Assembly: GCA_024650005.2 (NCBI GenBank)
Contig: CP122380.1
Location: 640,001-704,000, forward strand
DNA length: 64,000 nucleotides
DNA from: Candidatus Bathyarchaeum tardum
GTDB taxonomy: Archaea; Thermoproteota; Bathyarchaeia; Bathyarchaeales; Bathyarchaeaceae
Direction: 5' to 3'
Made by a program: the position numbers and the translations under genes
In this document: in pieces, positions 56,137 to 64,000 of the stretch
How the letters are laid out: every line of letters begins with the position of its first letter
Position numbering within the stretch: the first letter of the stretch is position 1
The notes under the pieces: generated by a model
The model's input: only the letters and a program-made list of their open reading frames with translations
Database searches by the model: none
Told to the model about the DNA's origin: nothing

Positions 56137-56724
56137 TGTTAATCCTTTCTAGCACAAAAGCTTTAACGCCAATAAAACAGCAAAAAAGTCGATTATCTAC
56201 GGTTTTAACATCAAAAATTTCTATAAACTGTGCAAAAGCAGGTTCTATACACTTCATTTTTTAACTAAAACTTTACAAGTTTTTCCAACAGAAATTTTAA
56301 CATTTTGTCCAATTTTTTCTGATCCCGATGCTTTCGTTAAGTTTTGGGAATTCACTACCGTAAGTATAATTACATCCCTTGTTCAGCTTGGTTTTGCAAG
56401 CTTTTACTTAGTTATAAGATTCAATTTATTGGTTTGACATTTGGTGAAAAAATGGATAGAAAACAACGATGCTAAATTTTAGTCAGACTATGAGGAAGCC
56501 AAACACCATTTTGAAATGGTGATGGGTAAACCCTCCACATCACTTAAACTAGAAATTCCTGCTGGTTTAAAATCATTGGTTCTGATTTTCGTAAACTGAA
56601 AACTGATCAACAATTTCCTGAATAACTATAAGGACTTAATGAAAAAGTGGCTTCTTCTTGATTCTCGCCGTAAACACAATTCTTGCCCATAATTACTATG
56701 TTTTGTTTAGTAACTGTTATGTGT

Positions 56725-57132
56725 TCACTCGTTTTCATCTAACATTTCTTTAAGGGATTCCACTTCTTCTCTGAGGGAAGCAATTTCGTCCTCTAAAGTG
56801 CTTGCTTTTGTTTCACCTATTTTTTTAAGTTCTTCTATCTCTTCTAATAGTTCGGTCCTTTCTTCTTTTAGTTTTTCAATTTTTTCTTTTAAATCCCCCA
56901 ACATGGTTGTTAACTCCTTTTCCACTCCCTTAATTTCTTTAACTGCCCGTATAAAATCCCTTTTGGTTTCTTGTTTTTCTGTAATGCTCAAGACTTTTTT
57001 TTTACATTCTGGGCACACAAAAACACCTAACCTATATTTCATTTTATCATCAGTCATGTTGCCTTTGCCAATCATGGACCCGGTTTTGATTTGATTGTCT
57101 ACTGCTTTTTCACATCTGGGGCATGATGGCAC
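56725..57132 (-). CDS. Zn-ribbon + coiled-coil protein
   Basis: CPRC...LGVFVCPEC followed by a long heptad repeat. Confidence 0.7.
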   Translation of the reverse strand: MPSCPRCEKAVDNQIKTGSMIGKGNMTDDKMKYRLGVFVCPECKKKVLSITEKQETKRDFIRAVKEIKGVEKELTTMLGDLKEKIEKLKEERTELLEEIEELKKIGETKASTLEDEIASLREEVESLKEMLDENE

Positions 57133-57257
57133 TTGTAGTGTTCCTCATTAATAGTTACTGTAATTGTTTAAAATGTTTTTTAACTTTTTATCGCCCAGAT
57201 TTCACTCTGATTTGCATTTTTCGTTTCACTTTTTAGTTAAGAAAAACCGAAATTGGG

Positions 57258-58193
57258 TTACAAATAGATGACGAACTGCAGTCTTTCTACCAGTTCTTTG
57301 TAACGGTTTCGTATGGTTACTTCTGTTACTTGGGCGATTTCTGCAATTTCTCTTTGAGTTTTTCTTTCTCCGGTTAAAACTGAAGCAATGTAACTAGCTG
57401 CTGCTGCTATGCCTGTTGGTCCTCTGCCCGAGGTGAGTTTTAATTCCTTTGCGGTTCCCAGAATCTTGTGGGCGATTTCTTCTACTTTGCCTTGCATGGT
57501 CAATTGGTTTGAAAACTTGGTTACGTATTGGCTAGGTTTTAGCGGTGGGATGAAGTAATTAAGTTCTTTAATCAGGAACCTGTAACTTCGTCCAACTTCT
57601 TTCTTGTTTACTGTTGAAGCTTGGGAGATTTCATCTAATGTTCTGGCGACTCCACATTGTCTGCAAGCAACATAAATCGCGGCAGCAGTTACACCTTGGA
57701 TCGATCTTCCTCTGATGAGGCGTTCTTTAACTGCTTTGCGATAGATGACTGAAGCGGTTTCAAGAATGTTTTTTGGCAAATTTAGATTGTTAGAAATTTT
57801 TGAAATTTCAGAAAGTGCAAAAGCAAGGTTTCTTTCTGTTGCATCTGAAACCCTGATTCGTCTTTGCCATTTTCTTAATCTGTAAATTTGTGCTTTTTGT
57901 CCTGGGGCTAATCTTTTCCCATAAACATCTCTGTCATGCCAATCAATCATTGTTGAAAGGCCTTTATCGTGGATGGTGAATGTTGCTGGGGCTCCTGCTC
58001 TGGCACGTTTTGTTCGTTGTTCATCGTCAAAGGCTCGCCATTCGGGTCCTTGGTCTGCAAGTTTTGCTGCTACGACTACTCCGCAGTTCATGCAGACTAT
58101 TTCGGCACATTCATAGTCCCTCATGATGCGATTACTTCCACATTCGGGACATTTTTGAATTTTTGGTGCCTGTGGGATGCTTTCTTCTTTCAC
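57258..58193 (-). CDS. tfb: Transcription initiation factor IIB
   Basis: CPECGS Zn ribbon, GPEWRAF, two cyclin repeats, [13 protein letters not shown]. Confidence 0.98.
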   Translation of the reverse strand: MKEESIPQAPKIQKCPECGSNRIMRDYECAEIVCMNCGVVVAAKLADQGPEWRAFDDEQRTKRARAGAPATFTIHDKGLSTMIDWHDRDVYGKRLAPGQKAQIYRLRKWQRRIRVSDATERNLAFALSEISKISNNLNLPKNILETASVIYRKAVKERLIRGRSIQGVTAAAIYVACRQCGVARTLDEISQASTVNKKEVGRSYRFLIKELNYFIPPLKPSQYVTKFSNQLTMQGKVEEIAHKILGTAKELKLTSGRGPTGIAAAASYIASVLTGERKTQREIAEIAQVTEVTIRNRYKELVERLQFVIYL

Positions 58194-58462
58194 TTTTTCT
58201 TCCTATTCCTTCTGTTTTTTACGCCGTCTTTTGTAGGGGTTGCGTAAAGAACTTGATTTTCAAATTGTTCTGGAGTCTGGGTGTAGGGTTTAACTGCGAC
58301 ATACGGGGAAGATATCGGACCAAAGACATCAAAAACGGTTCCCACTGGTTTGAGTTTTTCATTTACTGCTCGGTCACCAATGCGGGGGATATTTTCGGAT
58401 TTCAGAATAAGATTTCTGGTAGTACTTACGTGAAGGACGTTACCGATTCTGTGCAAAACCAC
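58190..58462 (-). CDS. gar1: H/ACA RNP protein Gar1/Naf1
   Basis: [19 protein letters not shown]; conserved gar1-tfb linkage. Confidence 0.88.
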   Translation of the reverse strand: MVLHRIGNVLHVSTTRNLILKSENIPRIGDRAVNEKLKPVGTVFDVFGPISSPYVAVKPYTQTPEQFENQVLYATPTKDGVKNRRNRKKK

Positions 58463-58731
58463 TACCCCTCACAAAACCTATGATTCACCCGTTCGGTTTT
58501 ATTTAAACGTTTCTGACTTTTTTGTTAACTTTGCACATTCAATTTTATTTTCGAAATTTATCTGATTCATTTGCGTATTTCGCATGAATGTCGATGTATC
58601 AAAAAGTTTAATTTTTCACGTTTTTGTGCAGAAATTCAAATTAGATTGTAATGTTGCTTGTTTTTGTTTTTGTCTTCAGGGGAAACCACAACTAATAAAA
58701 TGCTCAACATCATTTAGCAATTTAGATTATA

Positions 58732-59016
58732 ATGCGGAAAAAAAACTCAATCGTCTTGTGGTCTAATTACTTTGATTCGACTAAAACCAGAAACGATGGC
58801 AGACGGGTACCAAGAAACTTGGCTGTATCTTCACCAAAAATTGAAGAACTTCAACGGGCTGCCAAACGATTAGGTTTGCAACCTGAAGTTAATCTTGATG
58901 CTGCTCATCCCAGTTGTCCTTGGAGAAAAACTGGGTTTATTGTTCTTCCTAAAACTGAATCAAAAACTGAAACAATGAAAAAAATTGCAAAAGAGCTTTC
59001 TATCTTACGTCGATAG
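58732..59016 (+). CDS. srp19: Signal recognition particle protein SRP19
   Basis: LWSNYFDSTKTRNDGRRVP..LAV..P. Confidence 0.92.
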   Translation: MRKKNSIVLWSNYFDSTKTRNDGRRVPRNLAVSSPKIEELQRAAKRLGLQPEVNLDAAHPSCPWRKTGFIVLPKTESKTETMKKIAKELSILRR

Positions 59017-59025
59017 AAAAGCTTG

Positions 59026-59418
59026 TTAATCTTCTTTTTTGTCTACTAGAACAGCATTTACTTTGCCGTCTTGCCCTGGGCGTGAAGTTACTCTAGCGGT
59101 TCCCAGTGATGTTGCAATCATTGTTCCTTTGGTGATTACTCCTCGTCTGTCGTAGTCTACGTTAGCTGGGTTTTTGATTACGCGAACAATTTCTACTTTC
59201 TCGGTTTTTCCAGAAGCATCTGAGATATTTGCCTCATTTACTGCTAGCAGGCGTTGTTTTTCGTTACCTCCATGTTTTCGCATGGATTTGCTTTTGTTTT
59301 TGCCAAGTGCAGTTTCTGCTGCGAAGAATCCTCTTTCAAATCTTCTCTTTTTGCGGTTAGCTATTTTTCTTCCGCCAGTAGCTTTGTGTTTATGTTGATC
59401 TCCGTGCCATACTGACAA
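59026..59418 (-). CDS. rps8e: 30S ribosomal protein eS8
   Basis: TGG, NPAN, ITKG, VTSRPGQDG. Confidence 0.96.
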   Translation of the reverse strand: MSVWHGDQHKHKATGGRKIANRKKRRFERGFFAAETALGKNKSKSMRKHGGNEKQRLLAVNEANISDASGKTEKVEIVRVIKNPANVDYDRRGVITKGTMIATSLGTARVTSRPGQDGKVNAVLVDKKED

Positions 59419-59477
59419 GCTTACATCATCTCATAAGTCTGTTGAGACTACCAAAACTTGACATATAAGCTTATCTT

Positions 59478-60092
59478 TTATTTTTGGCTCTCAGGTTCCT
59501 TTTTTTCTTCTATTTGAGGTTTTTCCAAATCTTTGAAAATGGTTTTTAGTTGCCTTTTCATCGCTCGGAGGTCGTGGCTTAACCCAAAAAAATCAGCAAA
59601 AAACTGTGTTGTTTTGATTATCCTTTTTTTTCCTGTGCCTTCACGGACTATCAAATCCATCTCTTCTAATTGTTTAAGGTGCCCATAAGAGTGGTGCCCT
59701 CTAACGTCAACAACTAGGGTCTGAAAGATTGGTTGCCTAAACGCAATGTAAGACAAAGTTTTCAAAGGTCCAGCAGATAGAAGGGGTCTTGTAGCTAGTT
59801 TTCTAACTTTGCCCGTATAATCACTTTTAAGTTGCATAACAAACCGCTCCCCTTCTACTTCCAGTATTTCAATAGCACTTTCACGGTTTGAATACATTTC
59901 AACTAATTTTCTCGCTAGTTTTCGAACCTTTTTTTTCGAACGAGTCCCTGCTACACTTGCCAATGTTCTCAAATCAAGGGGTCTACCTGATACATACAAT
60001 GCAGACTCCATTAACGCCAGTTGATGCTTAATTTTTTCTACTTTGGCTTTTTCTTGATCTTTCTCAGACAGGTTCTGTTCGTTTTTCGTCAA
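59478..60092 (-). CDS. scpB: Segregation/condensation protein ScpB
   Basis: ESALYVSGRPL, TLSYIAFRQPI, DVRG, TTQFFADFFGL. Confidence 0.92.
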   Translation of the reverse strand: MTKNEQNLSEKDQEKAKVEKIKHQLALMESALYVSGRPLDLRTLASVAGTRSKKKVRKLARKLVEMYSNRESAIEILEVEGERFVMQLKSDYTGKVRKLATRPLLSAGPLKTLSYIAFRQPIFQTLVVDVRGHHSYGHLKQLEEMDLIVREGTGKKRIIKTTQFFADFFGLSHDLRAMKRQLKTIFKDLEKPQIEEKKEPESQK

Positions 60093-60756
60093 ATACTGGA
60101 TCTCCTATGACAGTTATGTAAAGCTCTTCTATTTCTTCTTCTTGCCACAGGCCTACTTTTCCCCGTTGGGCAAGAAACAGCAGAATGATGAATGTTTTAA
60201 CTACTTCAATCCTTTCAAGTCCCACAGTGAGTTTAGAGAACGTTATCAATTCTCCTGTGCCAACAAGTTGGCAGAGCTGTTCATACAGATTCTTCATATG
60301 GTCTTCAATTTGTAGTAGATACATGTCCAGTGGTGGAAGAATTTCTGGTGTGGGCAGTATTGGTTCAGGAAGTTTTGGGGGGCGTAAACTTTCTCCTTTT
60401 AGAACTTCGTCTAGTACGTTAAGCAGGTTATCTATGGTTGTTGAAGATAATTCGTAACGTAGGGGCAAGAACAATGGCGGTGGAATAAAATCGGGCATGT
60501 TTTTGGGTGGTGGGGGCGGTTCTTCCAATTTTAGTAGTAGTTGGGTTTTTCTGAGGTAAATGGTACTAGATGAATCCAACGCCATTCCTGAAGCTCTAAA
60601 ATCTACCTCTCCGAATTCTTCCATTTCATCCAAGAACATCTTCAGAAGATAAGAAATGTTAACATCCCACGGTAGCACTTTTTCCAGTCTGTGAATTTCA
60701 AAGAGTATATTTAGTGGCGGCTGAAAATAGAACGGTTTTTTCATTTTTTGAACCAT
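60064..60756 (-). CDS. scpA: Kleisin ScpA
   Basis: PWDVNI, FIILLFLAQRGKV.L.QEE; lies between smc and scpB. Confidence 0.88.
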   Translation of the reverse strand: MVQKMKKPFYFQPPLNILFEIHRLEKVLPWDVNISYLLKMFLDEMEEFGEVDFRASGMALDSSSTIYLRKTQLLLKLEEPPPPPKNMPDFIPPPLFLPLRYELSSTTIDNLLNVLDEVLKGESLRPPKLPEPILPTPEILPPLDMYLLQIEDHMKNLYEQLCQLVGTGELITFSKLTVGLERIEVVKTFIILLFLAQRGKVGLWQEEEIEELYITVIGDPVFDEKRTEPV

Positions 60757-63700
60757 TTACGCTGTCACCTCTTTAATTTTAGCTGATACTACGTGAGAAT
60801 AACCGCTGCGTTCGTAAATTCCCCAGACTTTCTTTGCTTTGCTTACCATTTCTGGTTTCAAAGTAATTGCCACAAACTGGGATTTATCTGATAATTCAAC
60901 AAAAAGGTCTCCCAGTCTTGATACGTGAAACGCGTCAAGGTGGGCATCAATTTCGTCAAACACATAAAATGCAGTGGGCATAAAATCTTGAAGTGCAAAA
61001 ATAAATGCAACAGCAGAAACTGACCTTTCTCCACTGCTTGCGCCACTAACAAGGATGGATGCTTTATTTCTAAACTGTACTTGCATGTCCATTCCTCCGG
61101 CGAAGGGGTCTTCAGGATTTTCAAGGACAAGGGATGCCGTTCCGCCGCCTGTTAGTTTTTCAAAATATTTACTGAAACTGCTGTCGATTTTTTCGAATGC
61201 TTCCATGAAAACTTTACGTTTCTTCTTTTCGATTTCTTCCATGAATGCTAGAATTGACTGTTTTTCTTTTTCCAGTTCGTTCATTCGTACAGACAATTCT
61301 TTGTATCTTGAAGCTTGTTCTGCATAATGATCCAAAGACAGCTGATTTACTGCACCCAACCTGCTTAATTCTAGGCGCAACTGTCTAAGAGCTTTCTCTG
61401 CAGTTTCTAGTTGTTTTTGAGAAATTGGCATGGGTTCATCATGACCCAGTTCATCCAATCTGGCATTAAGCTGTTCCAGTTTCATCTGGTTTGTTTGAAG
61501 GGTAAACTGCAACTGATTATAAAGCCTGTCTGAACGTTCATAAATTGAATCTAATTCTCTTAATTTTTTATCTAAATCGTCAAGTTGAACCGTATATTTT
61601 TTGGACTCTTCTTTTGCGTTCAATACTGTTCTAGAAAGTTCTTCTTTGCTGTTTTCCAGTTCTACAACTTCTTTTTCCAGCGAAACTTTTTCTTTAATTG
61701 CGGCGTCAACTTCATTTTCTACTGTAGCAATTTGTTGTTTTATTTTTCTTTGCTGAATTCGAATGTTATCTGCACTTACTTTCAATACGTTACCAAACGT
61801 AGAATCAAGAGTTGCAAGTTTAGTTTCTACGCTGCCCATTTGTTGACGTGAAGTAATCAGTTCTTCTCCGATTTTTTCTCGTTGAATTTCCATTTCTTGA
61901 ATCTGGCTTGTATCCGTTTTCCTGCGTAAATCATTTAACTTTTCTCGTAGGTTTTCAATTTCTTTATTAAGCTGGTTGCGTTGTAAACGCACTTCCCCGA
62001 GTTTATTTTTTTCCTCTTCTCGTTTCTCTTTAATTCTGCTTAGATGTTTCTCGATACGCCTGACGTTTTGTCGGGTGCCTTTGACGTTTTGACGGACTCT
62101 TCCGATTTCCCCGTCAAGGGTGACAATAGTTTCAGCTAAACTAGCCATTTCTTTGCGAATATTTTCAATATCTTCCTCAAAATTGTTTATTTCACTTTCT
62201 CGTTTTGATAAGTGTAACCTAAGGGCAGCAACAGCTTCATCAAGGCTTTTTACTGCATTTTTGCTGGGAATAATCGAAGAATAATCAACTGGAGCCCGGT
62301 AATAGCCACTTTCAAATCCACCCTGTGGCTCATAGAGATCTCCGTTTCTTGTAACTGTTCTACTGCCGTTTCGTGAAGCAGCAATAGCAATTTTCTGATC
62401 ATCTGTTACTAGAGTATCGCCAAAAACAAACCTTACTGCCGGATCATACCTTTTGGAACTTCTAACAAAATCAGCAGCAGTTCCTTCAATTCCTCTAAGT
62501 CTTGGACTATTTATAGAATTAATTTGTGCCATTTCATCAATAGGAATAATTTTAATTCGACCCAGCTTCATACGTTTAAGCGTTTCAGCACACGTAAACG
62601 CAGCGTCATAATTTTGGACAACCATGGCGTCCAACCAGCCAGCTGCAGTTGCTTCTATTGCCCGTTTGTATCCCTTTTCTACCTTAATCAGTTTTTTAAG
62701 ACGCCCATAAACTCCTTTTATTGCACCCAAATCAGAAAGTTCTTCAATGTTTCTCAGGGCAGTTTCTTCAGTAGCAACCTTTTCTGCCATCTCCCTTTGC
62801 GCTGCAAACTCAACTACTGCTTCTCGGGCAGACTCAGCAATTTTTTCTGCCTGAGCCATTTCTATCTTTGTTGATTCATGCAGGGCAAATCTTTTTTCTA
62901 GACTTTTTTCCAAATGAACTGCTTGTTTTTCTTGGTCGCTTTTTACTGCTCTTAGGTCAGCAAACGATTTTTTGAGCATATCAAGGTTTGACTCAAACGT
63001 TGCCTTTCGTTTAACGAGCTCATTTAGTTGCCTTGTAAGAACCTTCAGGGATGTTCGACTTTGGATAACATCACTGCGACGGTTAACAATTTCTTGAGTG
63101 TAGTTCTCTAACTTTTGTTCAATTTCTCTGATGTTTTTGTTGTTTTCTCCCAAGCTTGCCCGAAGTTTAGAGGCTTGATTTGAAATTTCATCATACTGCG
63201 CTTGTTTTTCTGCAATTTCCTTTAAGAAACGTTCTTGTTCACGTTTCAGTTTTCGAATTTCACTTCTGTTGTCTGTTACTTCACTTTGCATGGAACCCAG
63301 TTTCTGCTCGTTGCTTTCCATGACTTTTTTGAGGCCATCAACACTTGCAGTTCCTGCCCCAATTTTTGTTGACAGTTCACTTATTCTGGACCGGGCTTCA
63401 CCAATTTTATATTGAACTTCAAGGAGGCGTGATCCCCGTTGTTCAATCATTTCTGAGCCAAGTTTTCTCCACTCAGACTCAACGTCATACCTTTGTGACC
63501 TAAGTTTGTCTCGTAATTCTCGTGAATCTTCTACCTTGCTGCTAACTGATTCAATTTTAGACGTTACTTCATCAATTTTCTTTTGAACTTCCATAATGTC
63601 TCCAAAAATCTTCACTGCTTCAAATCGTTTGATTTCTTTTTGTAAAAACATGTAACGAAGCAGTTCGTTGCGTTCTCTTTCTAGATTGTCAACTCTTTGT

Positions 63701-64000
63701 TGGACTTCATCTATTCTGCCCATGGCAGTTCGAATGGAAATTTCAGCGGCACGCAGTTTGTCTTCAGCTTCTGCTTTTTCTGCATCGTATTGGGCAATGC
63801 CTACTAGGTCTGCTATCATTTTTCTTCGATCTATTGCAGAAATTTCAGCGATTCGGGCGATGATTCCTTGCAAAACAACGTTATGGCCTGTGGAGCTGAT
63901 TCCAGCCATTGATAAAATGTTGACTATGTGGCTTCGGGAGATTCTTCTTCCGTTGAGGCGATAAAGGCTTTGACCTGCCCTGTTTAGTTCCCTAGAAATT
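60757..64000 (-). CDS. smc: Chromosome segregation ATPase Smc (5' end outside window)
   Basis: VVLQG Q-loop, coiled coils, hinge (GVYGRL), SSGE signature, FDEIDAHLD. Confidence 0.96.
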   Translation of the reverse strand, partial: ISRELNRAGQSLYRLNGRRISRSHIVNILSMAGISSTGHNVVLQGIIARIAEISAIDRRKMIADLVGIAQYDAEKAEAEDKLRAAEISIRTAMGRIDEVQQRVDNLERERNELLRYMFLQKEIKRFEAVKIFGDIMEVQKKIDEVTSKIESVSSKVEDSRELRDKLRSQRYDVESEWRKLGSEMIEQRGSRLLEVQYKIGEARSRISELSTKIGAGTASVDGLKKVMESNEQKLGSMQSEVTDNRSEIRKLKREQERFLKEIAEKQAQYDEISNQASKLRASLGENNKNIREIEQKLENYTQEIVNRRSDVIQSRTSLKVLTRQLNELVKRKATFESNLDMLKKSFADLRAVKSDQEKQAVHLEKSLEKRFALHESTKIEMAQAEKIAESAREAVVEFAAQREMAEKVATEETALRNIEELSDLGAIKGVYGRLKKLIKVEKGYKRAIEATAAGWLDAMVVQNYDAAFTCAETLKRMKLGRIKIIPIDEMAQINSINSPRLRGIEGTAADFVRSSKRYDPAVRFVFGDTLVTDDQKIAIAASRNGSRTVTRNGDLYEPQGGFESGYYRAPVDYSSIIPSKNAVKSLDEAVAALRLHLSKRESEINNFEEDIENIRKEMASLAETIVTLDGEIGRVRQNVKGTRQNVRRIEKHLSRIKEKREEEKNKLGEVRLQRNQLNKEIENLREKLNDLRRKTDTSQIQEMEIQREKIGEELITSRQQMGSVETKLATLDSTFGNVLKVSADNIRIQQRKIKQQIATVENEVDAAIKEKVSLEKEVVELENSKEELSRTVLNAKEESKKYTVQLDDLDKKLRELDSIYERSDRLYNQLQFTLQTNQMKLEQLNARLDELGHDEPMPISQKQLETAEKALRQLRLELSRLGAVNQLSLDHYAEQASRYKELSVRMNELEKEKQSILAFMEEIEKKKRKVFMEAFEKIDSSFSKYFEKLTGGGTASLVLENPEDPFAGGMDMQVQFRNKASILVSGASSGERSVSAVAFIFALQDFMPTAFYVFDEIDAHLDAFHVSRLGDLFVELSDKSQFVAITLKPEMVSKAKKVWGIYERSGYSHVVSAKIKEVTA

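Noticed and set aside
56441-56599. Short ORF with in-frame TAG at 56480 (pyrrolysine read-through?) or an RNase P-like RNA in this gap
   Set aside because: Only ~52 codons with no recognisable family, and the conserved RNase P motifs were not found. At most a decayed gene.
28379-63964. Numerous 60-200 aa antisense/overlapping ORFs in the track (e.g. 29476..30066, 37545..37931, 48299..48691)
   Set aside because: They lie opposite well-supported genes and show no motifs of their own.

Overview
Archaeal chromosomal window, most likely Bathyarchaeia. The lineage call is inference from the gene set and protein styles (aRF1, TFB, Gar1, SRP19, eS8, Alba, Smc-ScpAB, LipS1/S2, MvhAG), not from a search. 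Bases 1 to ~14.4 kb are the right part of an integrated tailed-virus-like element. It runs: tail tube, a tail-assembly chaperone with a candidate -1 frameshift, an HK97-gp10-like protein, a very short tape-measure-like protein, a hub/fibre protein, then TerS/TerL placed AFTER the tail genes, and an ABC-ATPase/GNAT fusion. Next come a frameshifted Cas1-like remnant overlapping a HEPN-motif gene, AT-rich cargo, a wHTH regulator and a Zn-ribbon tyrosine integrase next to valS. The rest is host DNA: valS, aRF1, a cluster of tiny proteins (two CxxC-x17-CxxC, TRAM, three paralogs of an unknown family), SOR, Alba, and a six-gene operon joining Bzd-type benzoyl-CoA-reductase ATPases and ferredoxin to a single double-cubane-type reductase and a membrane polyferredoxin. 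Further on are lipoate assembly genes, H+-PPase, P-type ATPase, a group 3c hydrogenase, gap/pgk, a large surface protein, serB, tfb, gar1, srp19, rps8e and smc-scpAB. No rRNA, tRNA or CRISPR array was recognised. All family calls come from motif recognition by eye.
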